64,000 nucleotides of DNA, taken from Ophelia neglecta. Its lineage: Eukaryota. The notes below the pieces were generated by a model. The model had not been told where the DNA came from. It did no database searches and saw only the letters and a program-made list of their open reading frames with translations. The position numbers and the translations under genes were made by a program. Below are positions 13,133 to 26,126 of this stretch, one piece after another (positions within the stretch are counted from its first letter, which is position 1; every line of letters begins with the position of its first letter). The stretch spans positions 11,036,001 to 11,100,000 of the forward strand of contig OZ260666.1 of assembly GCA_965285935.1 (NCBI GenBank), read 5' to 3'.

Positions 13133-14414
13133 TTACGTTTTGCCCTTGGAGAGTAACTTCCGAATTGACTAAAGTTTAACTATGAAAGAAGATGCACTAA
13201 CCATATGTAAGGTTGTCCTCGCTCATATGTTCGTTAAAAGTGGCGTCAATTGGCAACCACTTGTTTGACGGTTTGAACTCGCCGGTCAATTTGGGACATG
13301 ATAGTGCTGAAATATGTACTAAAGTCAGTACAGCATACATAATTGATACATTGATTTCAAAAAGGGTCCTTTTGTATTCTGTTTCCGGGCTGAAGACTGA
13401 TTTTTGCACGCATGTAGCATGTATATCAGTTACTCGTGATTTGATAAAACGTCGTGTTGTAATTCAATACTATGACAGAGACACGTTGTAAACAATCTAA
13501 TGTCGTCTAAATGAACTATGTGGTGCCGATCTGTAAGTGCCATGAATGCTGGTTTTAACAGCAATTCAGTGCAGACAGAGGAGGCAAGGCGGGTGGTTAT
13601 TGAGGTAAGATATTTTTCAATAAGTCAGGACTTGTGTTTTAGGAAATTGCGGTGGTATTCTTCAGGATTGGATTTAAATGGGCATTTTACTTCGGGTATA
13701 GGCAGGTCCAAAACACATAAACTTTGTTCCGCAAATATGAATCTAGTTGATAAATAAAGACAACTTTAAGCGGTTGCCTTGCATTTTTTTTTGCGTTTAT
13801 TTTTACATTCTATGTTAGTGACTTCACTACATTAGGAGTAGTCAACTAAGACACACCATTTGCAATGTGAAATCACTGTTTACGATCAGAAATGCATAAA
13901 TTCCGGGAAAATAGAATAATATGTTGCGAAGCCGACCATGGTTGAAAATGTGTGAATACACGATCAATGAAATCATATATGATGTTCGATCAATGCGTTA
14001 CTGACGCATATTCGACATATGCAACTCCCACTGACACATTTAGTTCTAAACGAGAAATAATCCTGGGACTTACGTGGGTACCAAAGACTGATCATCCCAA
14101 AAATCCAATTTGAATGCCCAGCAGGGCTTGAACAAATAATAGTTGGAAATAACCCGGCAAATCGGTCAGAATTGTTAACGAGTCGTCAGCTGCCGGACCC
14201 AAATCATATTATTTCCATCTATATTTAATTCAATTCAGTGTTAACTGCTATGATCATATATCTTAATCCGATACGTAGGTCTATTGTGGCTGTTCCCAGA
14301 CTGTTATTCAGCCTGTTATATCTCCCTGTATTAATCCGTATTTGAAGCTCTTGACTCAGAACTATCACACATTTCAGAGCTGGAGTTAATTGTATAAATG
14401 GTAATCAAAGGAAC

Positions 14415-15943
14415 ATTTCGAGCATTTTGTGAATTAAAAAAGATAAATATGCGTATTACTATAACCGACTTTATCAGTATCTAAACAAAAACAACATTCT
14501 ATATGCCTCCCAATATGGATTCAGGAAAAACCATGGCACAGAACATGCCTCAATAGAGATTTTGGAACATATCACATATAACAAATAAACTAAATAATAA
14601 GGAATATGTATCCTCTATTTTCATTGATTTGACTAAAGCATTTGACAGCCTTGTTCACACAATTCTCCTGTTCAAACTTCGAAACTATGGCATTCGTGGT
14701 ATTGCTTATGCCATCATGGAAAGTTATCTCACGAAAAGATGTCAGTTTGTTCGCTTTAATTATTTTGACTCTAGTCACACTGCTGTATCATGTGGAGTTC
14801 CACAAGGTTCGATTCTTGGGCCATTGTTCTTTTTAATTTTTATTAATGACTTCATCAACTCACATAAATTATCTAAAACCATCCTATTTGCCGATGATAC
14901 AAGTTTAATGCTACATGATTGTAATTATTCTAGTCTTATTCTGAACATGAACACTGAAATACAGAATGCAAACTTATGGATGCGGTCAAATAAACTTGCT
15001 ATGAATGTTACAAAAACAAAGTATATTATATTCGAAAATGCACATAAAAATTTGCCTCTTAATTCCTTAGATGTAAAACTTAATGGACAACCTCTCGAAA
15101 AAGTCCAGACCTTCAAATTTCAAGGCACTCTTTTTGACCAGCGTCTGGATTGGAAAGCCAACATAAGTGAGAAATGCAGGAAAATCTCACAAATTATAGG
15201 CATATTGAGTAATTTAAAATACTTTCTTCCAAAAGATTCACTGAAAGTAATATATACTGCTCTTGTCCAACCTCACCTAATGTATGGAATTGGTGTCTGG
15301 TATAACCCTACTAACAGAACAACATGTAATAGATTATTTCTCCTTCAGAAAAAAACTATGAGAATTATTACAAAATCACAATTCTTGGCCCACACGGAAC
15401 CCTTATTCAAAAAACTTAATATCCTCATGCTTCACGATATTTTTATAAATCGCTGCCTAAAGCTCTACTTCTCTTTTCTCGATAATCTGTTTATCTCTCA
15501 GATTTGTTAGACTATCGCGAGATTACCCCCGTAGTCATAACACCAGATCTATAGATGTAATCGAACAGAATCATATTCGAACAAATTATCTTAAGCAATG
15601 TTTATGGTATAAACTTTTTATTGCTACGCACCTAATTCATTATGATTTCAAGCACCCGCTGACCTCCAACACAAATTTTAAGAAACTGCTCTTGTGCCGG
15701 TATTCTAGTTCATGTAACGTCGTTAATTGTATTCATGCAATTTTATTCATGGCTAGAACATTCTGTAAAGTTCAACTTTTATGTTATCGTACTTCACTTA
15801 ATTTGTATCCACATGCAATCAACATGTTATTAAATTGTAAATTTAATTGTATTGTGCTGCCACCATCCAGGGAGGCCAGATGTACACAGCCTCGGCCATA
15901 ATCTGGCGACCTTAATAAAATTATTATAATCAATTCAATCAAA
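14415..15943 (+). mobile_element. 5'-truncated, frameshifted CR1-group (Crack-like) LINE
   Basis: ORF 14629..15510 has KAFD, GVPQGSILGPL, FADDT, YTALVQPHLMYG and HTEPLFKKLNIL. Upstream remnant QYGFRKNHGTEHA. 3' AATAAA plus short repeat tail near 15914-15943. Confidence 0.88.
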
Positions 15944-16002
15944 CTAAAGTTACTGAAAGGTGCAAAACGAACAGGTGACCTCATTACAGAGGTTCACTGT
16001 AC

Positions 16003-19000
16003 ATTTATTCTTCAGTCCAGCGGAAGGTAGATGCGGAGGGTAGTCACATATGTTCGTATACATATTATCTAACCAACGATGTTCTAATAAAATGGGTGGG
16101 AAGAACCTTACGAATTTGGAAATTGTTGAAATTATTTCTTATTTGTAAATGTTTCCTAATGAGAAAATATCCCGATAGTGTTAGAGATATGTTTTTGAGT
16201 TGATATGTGCATATAATAAACTGGATACCTTCGATTTTTAACTAATAATACCATGATACCAAAAACAGTCAATTAAAATACATTCACAGTGCAAAACAAG
16301 AAAAGAAAACTACTTACACTTATCCAGATTGGTAACATTTAGTTCTTCATAGGGGTCGGGGTAAATGGGAAGCTGACGTTTTGGCCTAGGGCCCAATGCG
16401 ACGCATGAAGATACTTGAATGACAAAAGTAGCTGATGCTATATAAACCATTGTAATCACAAAATGATAACAAACATCGACATTTATTGGTATATAAATAC
16501 AACCAATGCGTTCAAGTAAGAAATATTTTGATGAACAAAACCAAAGTAAAATGTGCAAATGAAAACAAAGTCATCTTAAAGCGACGAATTTCAAGAAACC
16601 GAAGAAAGAAGCCTGCATGAAACGTCGGTCGCTCACTTTTCGCTCGGTTCGTGTTTCTGCCCTCGACTTCTTTAGGGTGGGTTGCCATGATGGCATTTGG
16701 AAAATCTGGAACATTTAAAAATTTGATATATCCACTTTGGAGCAAAAGTTGCAAGTGCTTATTCTATGCTAAAGCAACTGATATCGTGCTTTTGGCCAGG
16801 TGTTCCGATTTGTCCTTGATTGATTCTGCTTGCTTTTGTTATTTAAACATTTGAGTTTGAATAACATGATCGGCAACGAGTGATCTCCTCCTTTCGGGGG
16901 CTTAAGGTGGTGTGCTACATAACGTGTTAAATATTACATGGTAATATAACATACTAAAAAGTCTATCGTATGGTACTTTAGGTCCTGTATGGGTGTGACT
17001 CTGCTAGATCATGTCTCCGGGCGAACCCACAAGAGATGGGCGATGGTGTAAGCCGACCCCCCCCCCCCCCCACCTCCTTCGTTGGGCAGACAAGCCCATT
17101 TAATAGCATGTGTCTCACTCTATGCACGTATAGGCCTGACGTCTAGAGGGTACTGGCTATCACTGTTTGACCTCGTTTTAACTGCCCCTTTGTTGTTGGG
17201 ATTTCCCAAAATCAAATATTACAATAAAGTAGATCTATTCGGTTTCTTTTTGCTGAACATTGCTTTTTTCAGCACCATATCTATTGAATTTGTAGCGACC
17301 TATAGGGTCTTTCGTACCTAAAGTTTATATATTTCTGCATATTGGCACATTCTTTATAATGGGCGACCATACTGGGGTCGCCTTCACATCATCTTTGCCG
17401 TCGAAGTGTCAGCGCCAATGAGGCCAAAGCTAAGTGTTTCACGGTTAACAGTTCAGATGGGCTTATAGATTTACTGGGCGATATTAAAATCATTAAATTC
17501 CTGGCTAGTGAAAAGTTCCATCAAATTTATATTTTCTTCCACTTTTCCGTGTAGAAAACTGTCACAAAGGTATCACCGAAATATTATGTCTATCTTGTAA
17601 TGCGCTGATACCTTCGAAATAGAAACTTGCTATCGAAAAACACTTTATTATCGGAGTCATTATAGAACGTGTCCAGTCTAGGCATACCAGACGGAATAAT
17701 TTGATATTTTGATATTTTACTATTATATGGAACTTATTACAATGCCAACATTTTTTATCCACGTACCACAATATGATAAGGGAACACACCTGCATAGTCT
17801 GCAAAACCCATTGCAAAAGATGATGGCCACATGGACATGACCATTCATAATTAACATCGCAATAGGTCTAAATTGTGTTTTCAACTACTAACAATAACAG
17901 CAACAGAGCATATCCCAAAAAAATGATAGTTAATTTTAATCGTAGCATACAATAACTACGCATACAAGACGTTTGAGGTGAAGAATATTTCCGTCTTAAT
18001 TTATTTAACATATACTTGCTCCTATAAAAAGGCCCATTGCTTTGTTAACTTACCATCTTACAGATTGGATAAGAAAAAAAATGATATATACATAAATACA
18101 TCATTGTTAAACACTGGCGCGTTTGTTTTGGGTTCTGACCGCATCATGGAAAACTAGAGACTACTTCTCATTGTAAGTGATATCAATTTTAACTTTCATC
18201 TTTTATTATTAGCATTTCAAGTTTATTTAGTGTTTGGAAGCTGGAGATTGGTGTATTGATGGGTGTGGGGCTGTGGCTGCCGCTTTCTGGTGATTTCGAA
18301 CAGGTTATATAAATGGACTATTCTGGATTAATGATTAATGATTTGGCTATGTGATTTGGATTTGTCTGCTGGGAATCCACACCCGTTTTCTTTTCTTGCG
18401 GTTACATCGATTTATTAAACAAATTTTGCTTCACCAACATGAAACGTTTTCTTCCTAACCTTCATCATTTTTGTGTTTTCTTTATGCATTCAACAATTTG
18501 CAAGACTCTGTCACAGCCTGTTTTACCATGGAATTCCATTAGTAACGCAGCTCAATCACATGTTAGGATTTGTTTTCTCAACTAATCATGTCAAAATGTT
18601 AACAACAATATCGCTAATAAGTTCATTTTATGGCAATTGGTTTAAGTTCAGTCCTAAAAGTATGTCAACCATTTACTGTCAATTTTACTAGCTAGTTCGT
18701 GGCTCGGCAAACAATTTATTTGGAATCAACTACCCCATATTATCATGACAAGGATTTTATTCCAACTTTTAACAGAAAATGCAAGTAAGTATGTTTGTTT
18801 TAAATTTCTGGACTAGACCATGTGAGCTGAATTTGTTTTAGATAGAGGTGGGAATCTGGCATTCATGGTAAAGTATTCAACTGCTCTTTTTATAAGCCCC
18901 TGATCTCAGGCAACCTGTGTACCTTATTTATTATGAAATATGGATTGATGGGTATAAAAAAATACACCTTACCGTCTAATGGACATGGCATAGGCACTAC

Positions 19001-22000
19001 AGTGTCATTTGCAATGTTTTCCGCGGTGCAAACATTGCCGTATTCATCATTTGAGTCACAAACAGTCTCTGGGTGGCCACAACCGTTGCGATGAATTGCT
19101 TTGTCATCTCTGGATATTTCGCTGACTGGTAATTAAATATGAGCAAAGGTAGTTAAGGAGTAGGTAGTGAAAAAATTCATGTCAAAGTTGCATACTGTCA
19201 ATCACTTTTAATTTATCTATAACGTTATTTGTGTATTGAAACAGAGTAAAACACATTGACATGCTTAAGGGACCTCTATAATGTATATTTCAATTAATAA
19301 CGAACAGCGATTTAGTTGATGTCAAGAACTAAATTCAATCTGGCGGACATTGTAGGGATTTAATAATATATCAAGTTATCTTGGTGAGGGATGTTATGCG
19401 AGTAGAAACATAATTTTTGCAGATAAAAGCCCTCACGAGTTACGTATCAAATAGCACAATTAAGTGTACTTATATATCAGAATATACTGCATGCCTACGA
19501 AAAATGGTTAATGTTTAGAATATATGTAAAATATATAAACGTTAATGATCTGCAAGAAAATGATAGTTTATTTAAAAAAAACTTTACAACTTGTCCATGC
19601 GATGAAAAAAGTAACAAAATCGTTACGGTCAATGCAGGCCCGCGTACATGTCTTTTTCATTTTATCCACTGCATAGATCGGTAGTTCTTGGCCAGGTCCG
19701 TTGCTGCCACCTGACGAGGATGAAATTGGTTTGGGTCGTGTAAAGGGATAAAGAGTCATGAGAATCATGTGTTATTCATCATAAGCGTGAGGGATACGGT
19801 ATCAAAACAGATTCGAACCATAAAATCGAATAATTTCCGTACAAACTTATATTGATTATCTATTACTCTTGAAATATTGGCCATCGAAACAACGGTTGTT
19901 TCCTTGATGATATTGTCGATTTACAAAAACGAAATTTTAAATATTTTTTTCGCCAAGTTTCTCCTTACTATTGAAGTTAATTGGACGAATAATAATAAAT
20001 TGAATATTGAAGCTATATGCATGTTCGAATATAGGACAATCTCCTATCTTATGTTTTTCTCCTTGGGGCGAAATAGCTACGGCATGCAGTAATCTGCATT
20101 CTAGATATAATAACTAATTACTATTCGTTTCGTAAACACACAGCCTGTCTGGGAACGGTGAATGATATAAAGCAAGTATTTGACTGAAAAGTTTAAAACT
20201 AATTGCTCGAATTGGAGGTTATAGAACCAGGAACAAAAAGGAAACAAAGGTCGTCATTGTATTTTATGGTCGGGTAACATTTGAATATTTATCTACAAGT
20301 GAAATGCCACACTCTCAAGTTTCGCAATATAATTTGCACACATCGTCCTCGAAATACTTTTCCCATAGCAGGTAGTGTAAAAAAACGGCGACTCACATAT
20401 CTCAGACTTGCCCTTTTTCTTCTTATTTATAGTTGCATATATAGGCAATTCTAGGCGAGGTCGGCTAGCTATGCTGGTAGTTGAAACCGCTACAAAGGTA
20501 AAACATGATGGCAATTTAATCATCAATGAGCTAATCTAGATGTTTCAAATAAGTATCCATTTGAATAACAGTTTTTTAGGCCTGCCTTCGCCAAGCAAGG
20601 TACAGGATATCACTTTATATTATATGTGCTTTGTTGTATTCAAAAGGTTCCCTAACATACAGTATACAATTAGTCTATATTTGGAGAAATGTGAATGACG
20701 TCTTTTGCCAAGTGAGGCATTAAATTATTAATATTGAACCGAAAATATACATTAATCAAAACTATTTTAAAGTATAAATATACAAAACATAAAATTCGAG
20801 CCAAGCACACACGATGGCTTCCGATTCCTGCACGTGGTAATATTTAAATTGTTTACCATTGTTAACACTCAATGACCCTGAAGAACAGGCCTCCTGTCGC
20901 ACGCATGAAATGTCTTCATAATAAGGTTCAGTTATCTTGACAGAAAGAGCTTCGGGAACAGAAACATTGAGATTGTTTCACTTGTTTTTTTCTTGGAATA
21001 TTAAAAACGAATAACAAGAAATTGATGTGGTGCTGTTAAGGCATGTAATGTGAAGGTATTCTAATTGAGCACTCATAAACCCTAATATCAAATACATATA
21101 GTTTAATCGGGGACAAAACATGGCACTTCCGGAAGTCATCTAATAGCAGTGAATATGACAATACTTGCGACGTCCATACTGCCATCCGCTTCTGTGGCTG
21201 ACGGTATATTTTATAGTTATCCAACAGGTTATATGTTCGTTCAGGTTTCGCAAAGACCCACATTACTTACTATCCGATGGAGCCATGTCCATTGCTGGGT
21301 CAAACATTATATTATCCACCATAACCGTGTCGTCACCAGAGGAGAAGTCTTGTAACACAAGTACACGGACGATTGAAATTTCTTTGTTATATTGTATCAC
21401 CTTCGAGAGTTAATATAAAGCAAAACGTTGTACTAATGTTATTTGATTCATAATATCGATAGCTACTATTTTCATAGAATGCACTATTGAAATACCTACC
21501 ATCCGATGACAAGGACTCGTCCATTTCGGGGTCAAACACGACGTTTTCCACCAAGAACGTTTCATTGTCTTCCTCCTCAGCATCAATAATATTATCTTGC
21601 ATGGGAATACTAGATATTGTCTGGATTTTGGTAGTTGCATATTTCTTTCCATCTGAAGTTTTACTTGTAGGTTATTATACTACAAACATATATTATAATA
21701 ACGATAGAAATTAATCATCAAGACAATTGATTTAGGGTGATAATTTGTAAAAAATCTACAGCTAAAGGAATTGCTTGTCTAGCCTCTAAATTGCTGTATT
21801 TTTTTACCCTTGGGATGTAAAGAGATGTGAATGACTTACGGACTACTCGAACCAGAATGCTCATCGAGATTACAGTCAAGGCCAAAAGAACAACTATTGT
21901 AGTCACAAACCCTATTACAAGTTCGATGGAAGTTCCTGTAAATAGTGCATTAGAAAAAAAATTATAAAATAAGGTCAAAACCGTGTAGATAAACTATGAT

Positions 22001-25000
22001 TCAACTTCTCTTTTATACAAGCAAGATAGAGAATTTTCATACAAAAAATTATTTAGGGACAGTCATTGCAATAAAACATTACGGAAGAACGCTGTTAAAA
22101 AATTTGAGTCATTTGTTTTGCCGCATATACACCAATCGGTGCTTGTGTTTTGAAATGTTGACATTTAGAAATTATAATAAAAATATAAAAAAATAAAAAA
22201 GACAGTTAGAATAAGCGAAGCGATATATAAATTCTTCCCAAAACCATATATTGTGTAAAATCAGAACGTTGAAACTGATTTGCAACACACATAGAGTAAA
22301 CACGTGAACGTGGAGAAATCGACGTGCACGACTTGCAATGCACGGTACTCCTCCTCAAAGTAGTGCGCCGACCCCAACATCTATAATGTGTAGAGGCTCG
22401 TAAAGGGATTCATACGCAGCTTCTTTACCATGACGGTTACTCTTCTATGGTAAAATTATAGATGAGGGTATCGTCTAGGCCGAAAGGTTGAATCGCGACA
22501 ATATTAGTGCTATCCAGCCGTGCTCGTCATATTTGCAGGTCGTTTATGAGCTTTATGATTGCGCTGGCAGTCATTTCGGACAAAGTTTTGTTTCGACGAC
22601 TCTTCTTCAAAGTTGCGCAACCTACTCTACGGTAGGACGAGCCATTATATGCTTTCAACACAGCACTCACTTCTGATTTAAATGGGGCCCGAATGTGTGC
22701 AGTTATGATTACGAAATTATGACTAATTTGCTGAATGGAGGAAATGTGCACATGGTCAGGAAATTCTCTTTCGCCTTTGGGTATATATTTTTGTTTAAAA
22801 TCTCATTCTTTAGAAAGTATTTTCGTGGCATCAATCAGCAGTTTTGGAACCGAGAGAGAACATTGACAGTCCAAATAGTTGTTCTTATTTTGATTTAAGT
22901 TTCTTTCAAGTCTGTGTGACAAAAGCAGATGATTACAAATTACATTTGGTCAACATGCTCTCCTTGATAGCAATTTTTCGATATCCCCAACATTCCCCAA
23001 TATTAATCATCAACATCTCAAATGTATTCCATCCTGGGGCTTACTTCCTCTCCTTCCCACGTTGCCCACTGACTCGTTTTGTATGGTGCTCTTTATACGC
23101 TTCGTGGTAAACTGTTTACTGCTTGCCTTGGCAAGTGGTATCAATTGTCCTTTCTTTACTGACGTTAGCTGACGGTTGTGTGATGATTTCGAACTAAAAA
23201 TATTAATAGACTATACCTCATTAAAGATTTTGCTTTGTCTGTGGGGTACGTACTCAGATTTATTTTATGCGGCCTAACTGTGGTGATGACGCCCAGGCGG
23301 ATAAATATATTTGTGTACGTTGAAGTAAGCAATGTCTACTACCGAAGCAAATATATAATGAGGCTAGCTCTCATGCCGAAACTGATATACTGAGGCTGGT
23401 AAAAAAAAAACGCTGGCTCTTATTTCGAGGCTAGTAAACAGAAAAGCTGGCTCTAATGCCGAAGCTAGTAAACAGGGAGACTGGCTCTTATAACGAGGAT
23501 AGCAAACAATGAGACTGGCTCTTATACCGAGGCCAAGAATCAAAGAGGCTGGGTCCTATACCAATGCTAGTAAACATGGAGCCTGGGCCTTAAACCGAGG
23601 CTAGTAAACAAGGATACTGGCTCTTATACCTAGCCTAGTAAACAAGCAGGCTTGCTTAATGTACCGAGATGAGTAAAAAAAAAGGAGGGTGGCTTTGCAT
23701 TCTGCCGCTTATTGTATATGTGCGCGAAAGTAAGCTATCAGTGTGAGCCCAACAAAGCCTGATCTGCTCGACTGCAAGTGTGAGTTGTTTATAACCGCAT
23801 CTTACTTATGATCCACTTACATGCAATTACTGTGCATTGCCGTCCAAAATAAGATATTATTATACCAGCGGTTTAAACATCGCAGCCATAGTATCCAGCT
23901 TAACAGAACCTTAATCATTATAAATGCCATTATGCAAGATATAAATGCATCTGTGTATTATTGAAGTCTTACTCTTAACATTATTTGTAGAAAGATTGTG
24001 TTTATAACTACCTTACCTAGATATTACCTTTTGAAAACGCCTGCATTGTCCCTGACGAGTAGTCCAATGGTGTTGAAACCAAACCTGGGAAATAAGTATG
24101 GATAATCACAAGCGCAAAACTGCTAATAAAATAATTTAAGATCCACCGCTAGTAAATAAGCAGCTATGACCGAACAACTGTGGTCGAATAACCATAATTA
24201 GCGACTACTCCTCTGCAGGCAGGGTTTATATCCGGTGGCATTCCAAGACATTAACAGTGGATGGTCAATGAACCAATATACGAAAACACTCATATACTAG
24301 ATATTTTGTGTTTTCACCAGAGTATCGTAAAAACAATTACAAATTATTTAACACACAGTTAAAAGGATTTTGCTTACCTGACCTCACTTTATTTGTCTAG
24401 TATATGCATGTATATGTATGTGCATGTATATGTAGGTTTAAAAGGCAAATAATTAAATCTACCAAGATCAACTGCTTCACTTGGCTCAGACTCATAATTT
24501 GAACCTTCCTCGCGTCCCCGACAGGAGTAGGTTGATAACGGACCTTCCTCCAAAGATAAGTCGATTGATGATTCAAAACTAGCATTTGTGATATCTGTTC
24601 CATCACGCTGCCAGATGTAGGTCATATTTGGACGATAGATTTCCGGCAGAGAAGTCAAGTTGACTACACAGGTCAAACCATAGTCTTGAACTATAATGGA
24701 GGCTGAAGTTGGCTGACCTGCATTGTAAACAAATAGAAATTATATTAACCCCTTGGTATCTTTTGTCGAGGTTGGAATGCTTAAAGAGACTTAGAAAAGT
24801 ACTTAGTTATTTTATCTGAAATGTGTTCATCTTAGATTTTTTCTTCCATTGATGAAAATAACAATACCTAGGGTTAACTGATACGACATTTTTTTACATT
24901 TTTGACACTTGATATCAGTTTATTATCCTTCAATTCTGATTAGTTCTGACTTGGTCAAACATTTTCACTATGCAATTACGCACGTGGTTGTGTGTATTAT

Positions 25001-26126
25001 ATAAGGTTTTAGCTTACCCCATACAAAGATGATGCCTGAATTATTATAGTTGTTCCCAAAGCAGGAATATGTTCCGGCGTCGTCAAGCGTGACATTCGTC
25101 AAAGTGATATCCGCCACAGAATAATTACTCCAGCCAATTGTGAACCGGTTCAATTTTAGGTATTTTTTTGCCGGAAATATTTCTGTCACCTTTACATTAA
25201 ATACAAGTGTTTGATTATTGTCAAAACAGGTAACATATCGTTTGTTGTCACCACCTGGTAAATACCAGGAAAATGTGGCGTTGTCACCCTCGTAAACCGC
25301 TGTGATTTGAGGACCTGAGAGAGAATATTAATAAACCCGAGTTATATCAAATTGGTTTTAGGTATGTTGATAACAGAACAACCATTTCTAGAGACAAAGT
25401 AAATTGTACTGAAGGCCAGGCATAAACTAAAGGTTACGACCATATTTCGAATGCATGTTATAAATACACGCAGTGCTTAGTATCAGGACTGAATTCTTAG
25501 TTAACTGTTATGGCTATACCAAATAGTTATATTTTCCTCCTACCTCGAGCCTTGCCCCCCTAGCCCTCACCTAGTGACACATTCACATTAATGTGCCTTT
25601 GTTTAATAATTATTTGATTTGAACTTATGTGAAACGTTTGATAGTACTGTTCCGTTTTCTTCTGCCAAATCTGTGTACAAGAGCAGAAAGGCATGGCTCA
25701 CACAAAAATCTATTAAAATTACTTCATAATTCAATGATGTGTTCATAGTTTAAGGTGGACACGAACTCCTCCCTGCCTATGCATTATGATTGCTCCAATA
25801 ACTTGTAATAACGGTAATTGTTTTTAATACATTCGTCTATAGAAACTATAGTACTACTTCATTTTTAGGGCGTCACAAGTTTGTTTATACTAGCCAAGCG
25901 GTTTCGGAACGTGTAGCTGCACATCCATAAGCAACATGTTTGGAAGAACGCAGCCCCCCCCCCCCCAAGAGCTCCGTGTTTTGTGTACTGTGTATTTCAT
26001 TCAACAAAACCAAGTACATTACTTACTGTCTGCAGCCAGTGCCAATAAACAGACAATTTGCAAAACACAAATGACATACAATGTAGAATTTGGCATCAGC
26101 AGATCCATTCCTCTGTAGAACCGCAT
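16003..26126 (-). CDS. Gene A: single-pass Ig-superfamily receptor (signal - atypical V-set - Ig2 - stalk - TM - long Tyr-motif tail). Predicted exons 26027-26126, 25018-25314, 24463-24717, 24028-24084, 21840-21935, 21500-21652, 21271-21348, 20857-20949, 20397-20489, 19648-19710, 18973-19125, 16318-16413, 16003-16068; terminal exon not resolved
   Basis: All listed exons have AG/GT boundaries and phase-1 junctions, and join without stops. Leader MRFYRG...VICVLQIVCLLALAAD; V domain GDNATFSW...YVTC...ITLTNVTLDDAGTYSC; Ig2 LTC...SLP...MTYIW...YSCRGRE; TM LVIGFVTTIVVLLALTVISMSILV. Ecto and TM exons are high confidence; individual tail exons are moderate. Confidence 0.78.
21840..21935 (-). CDS. Gene A exon: transmembrane helix (96 nt)
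   Basis: tttacag| ... |gtaagt; about 24 hydrophobic residues followed by R. Confidence 0.85.
23361..23695 (+). repeat. 34-bp minisatellite, about 9-10 diverged copies (gene A intron)
   Basis: Unit approximately gaggctagtaaacagaaaagctggctcttatacc, repeated in tandem. Confidence 0.85.
24463..24717 (-). CDS. Gene A exon: second Ig-like domain (255 nt)
   Basis: aatgcag|; canonical C..W..YxC; homologous to 63083-63334. Confidence 0.88.
25018..25314 (-). CDS. Gene A exon: atypical V-set Ig domain (297 nt)
   Basis: ctctcag| ... TGG G|gtaagc; DxGxYxC F-strand motif; Trp at the B-strand Cys position. Confidence 0.9.

Noticed and set aside
21349-21400. Longer version of the second tail exon using the acceptor at 21400
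   Set aside because: Gives GDTI-stop in phase 1. The acceptor at 21348 keeps the frame and the duplicated motif, although the upstream site could yield a short isoform.
23045-23193. Splice-bounded open segment as an extra stalk exon of gene A
   Set aside because: Open only with phase-2 entry; phase-1 entry from the preceding exon hits TAA.
23361-23695. Regularly spaced repeats resembling a CRISPR array
   Set aside because: Contiguous 34-bp tandem units with no unique spacers, no cas genes, eukaryotic intron: a minisatellite.
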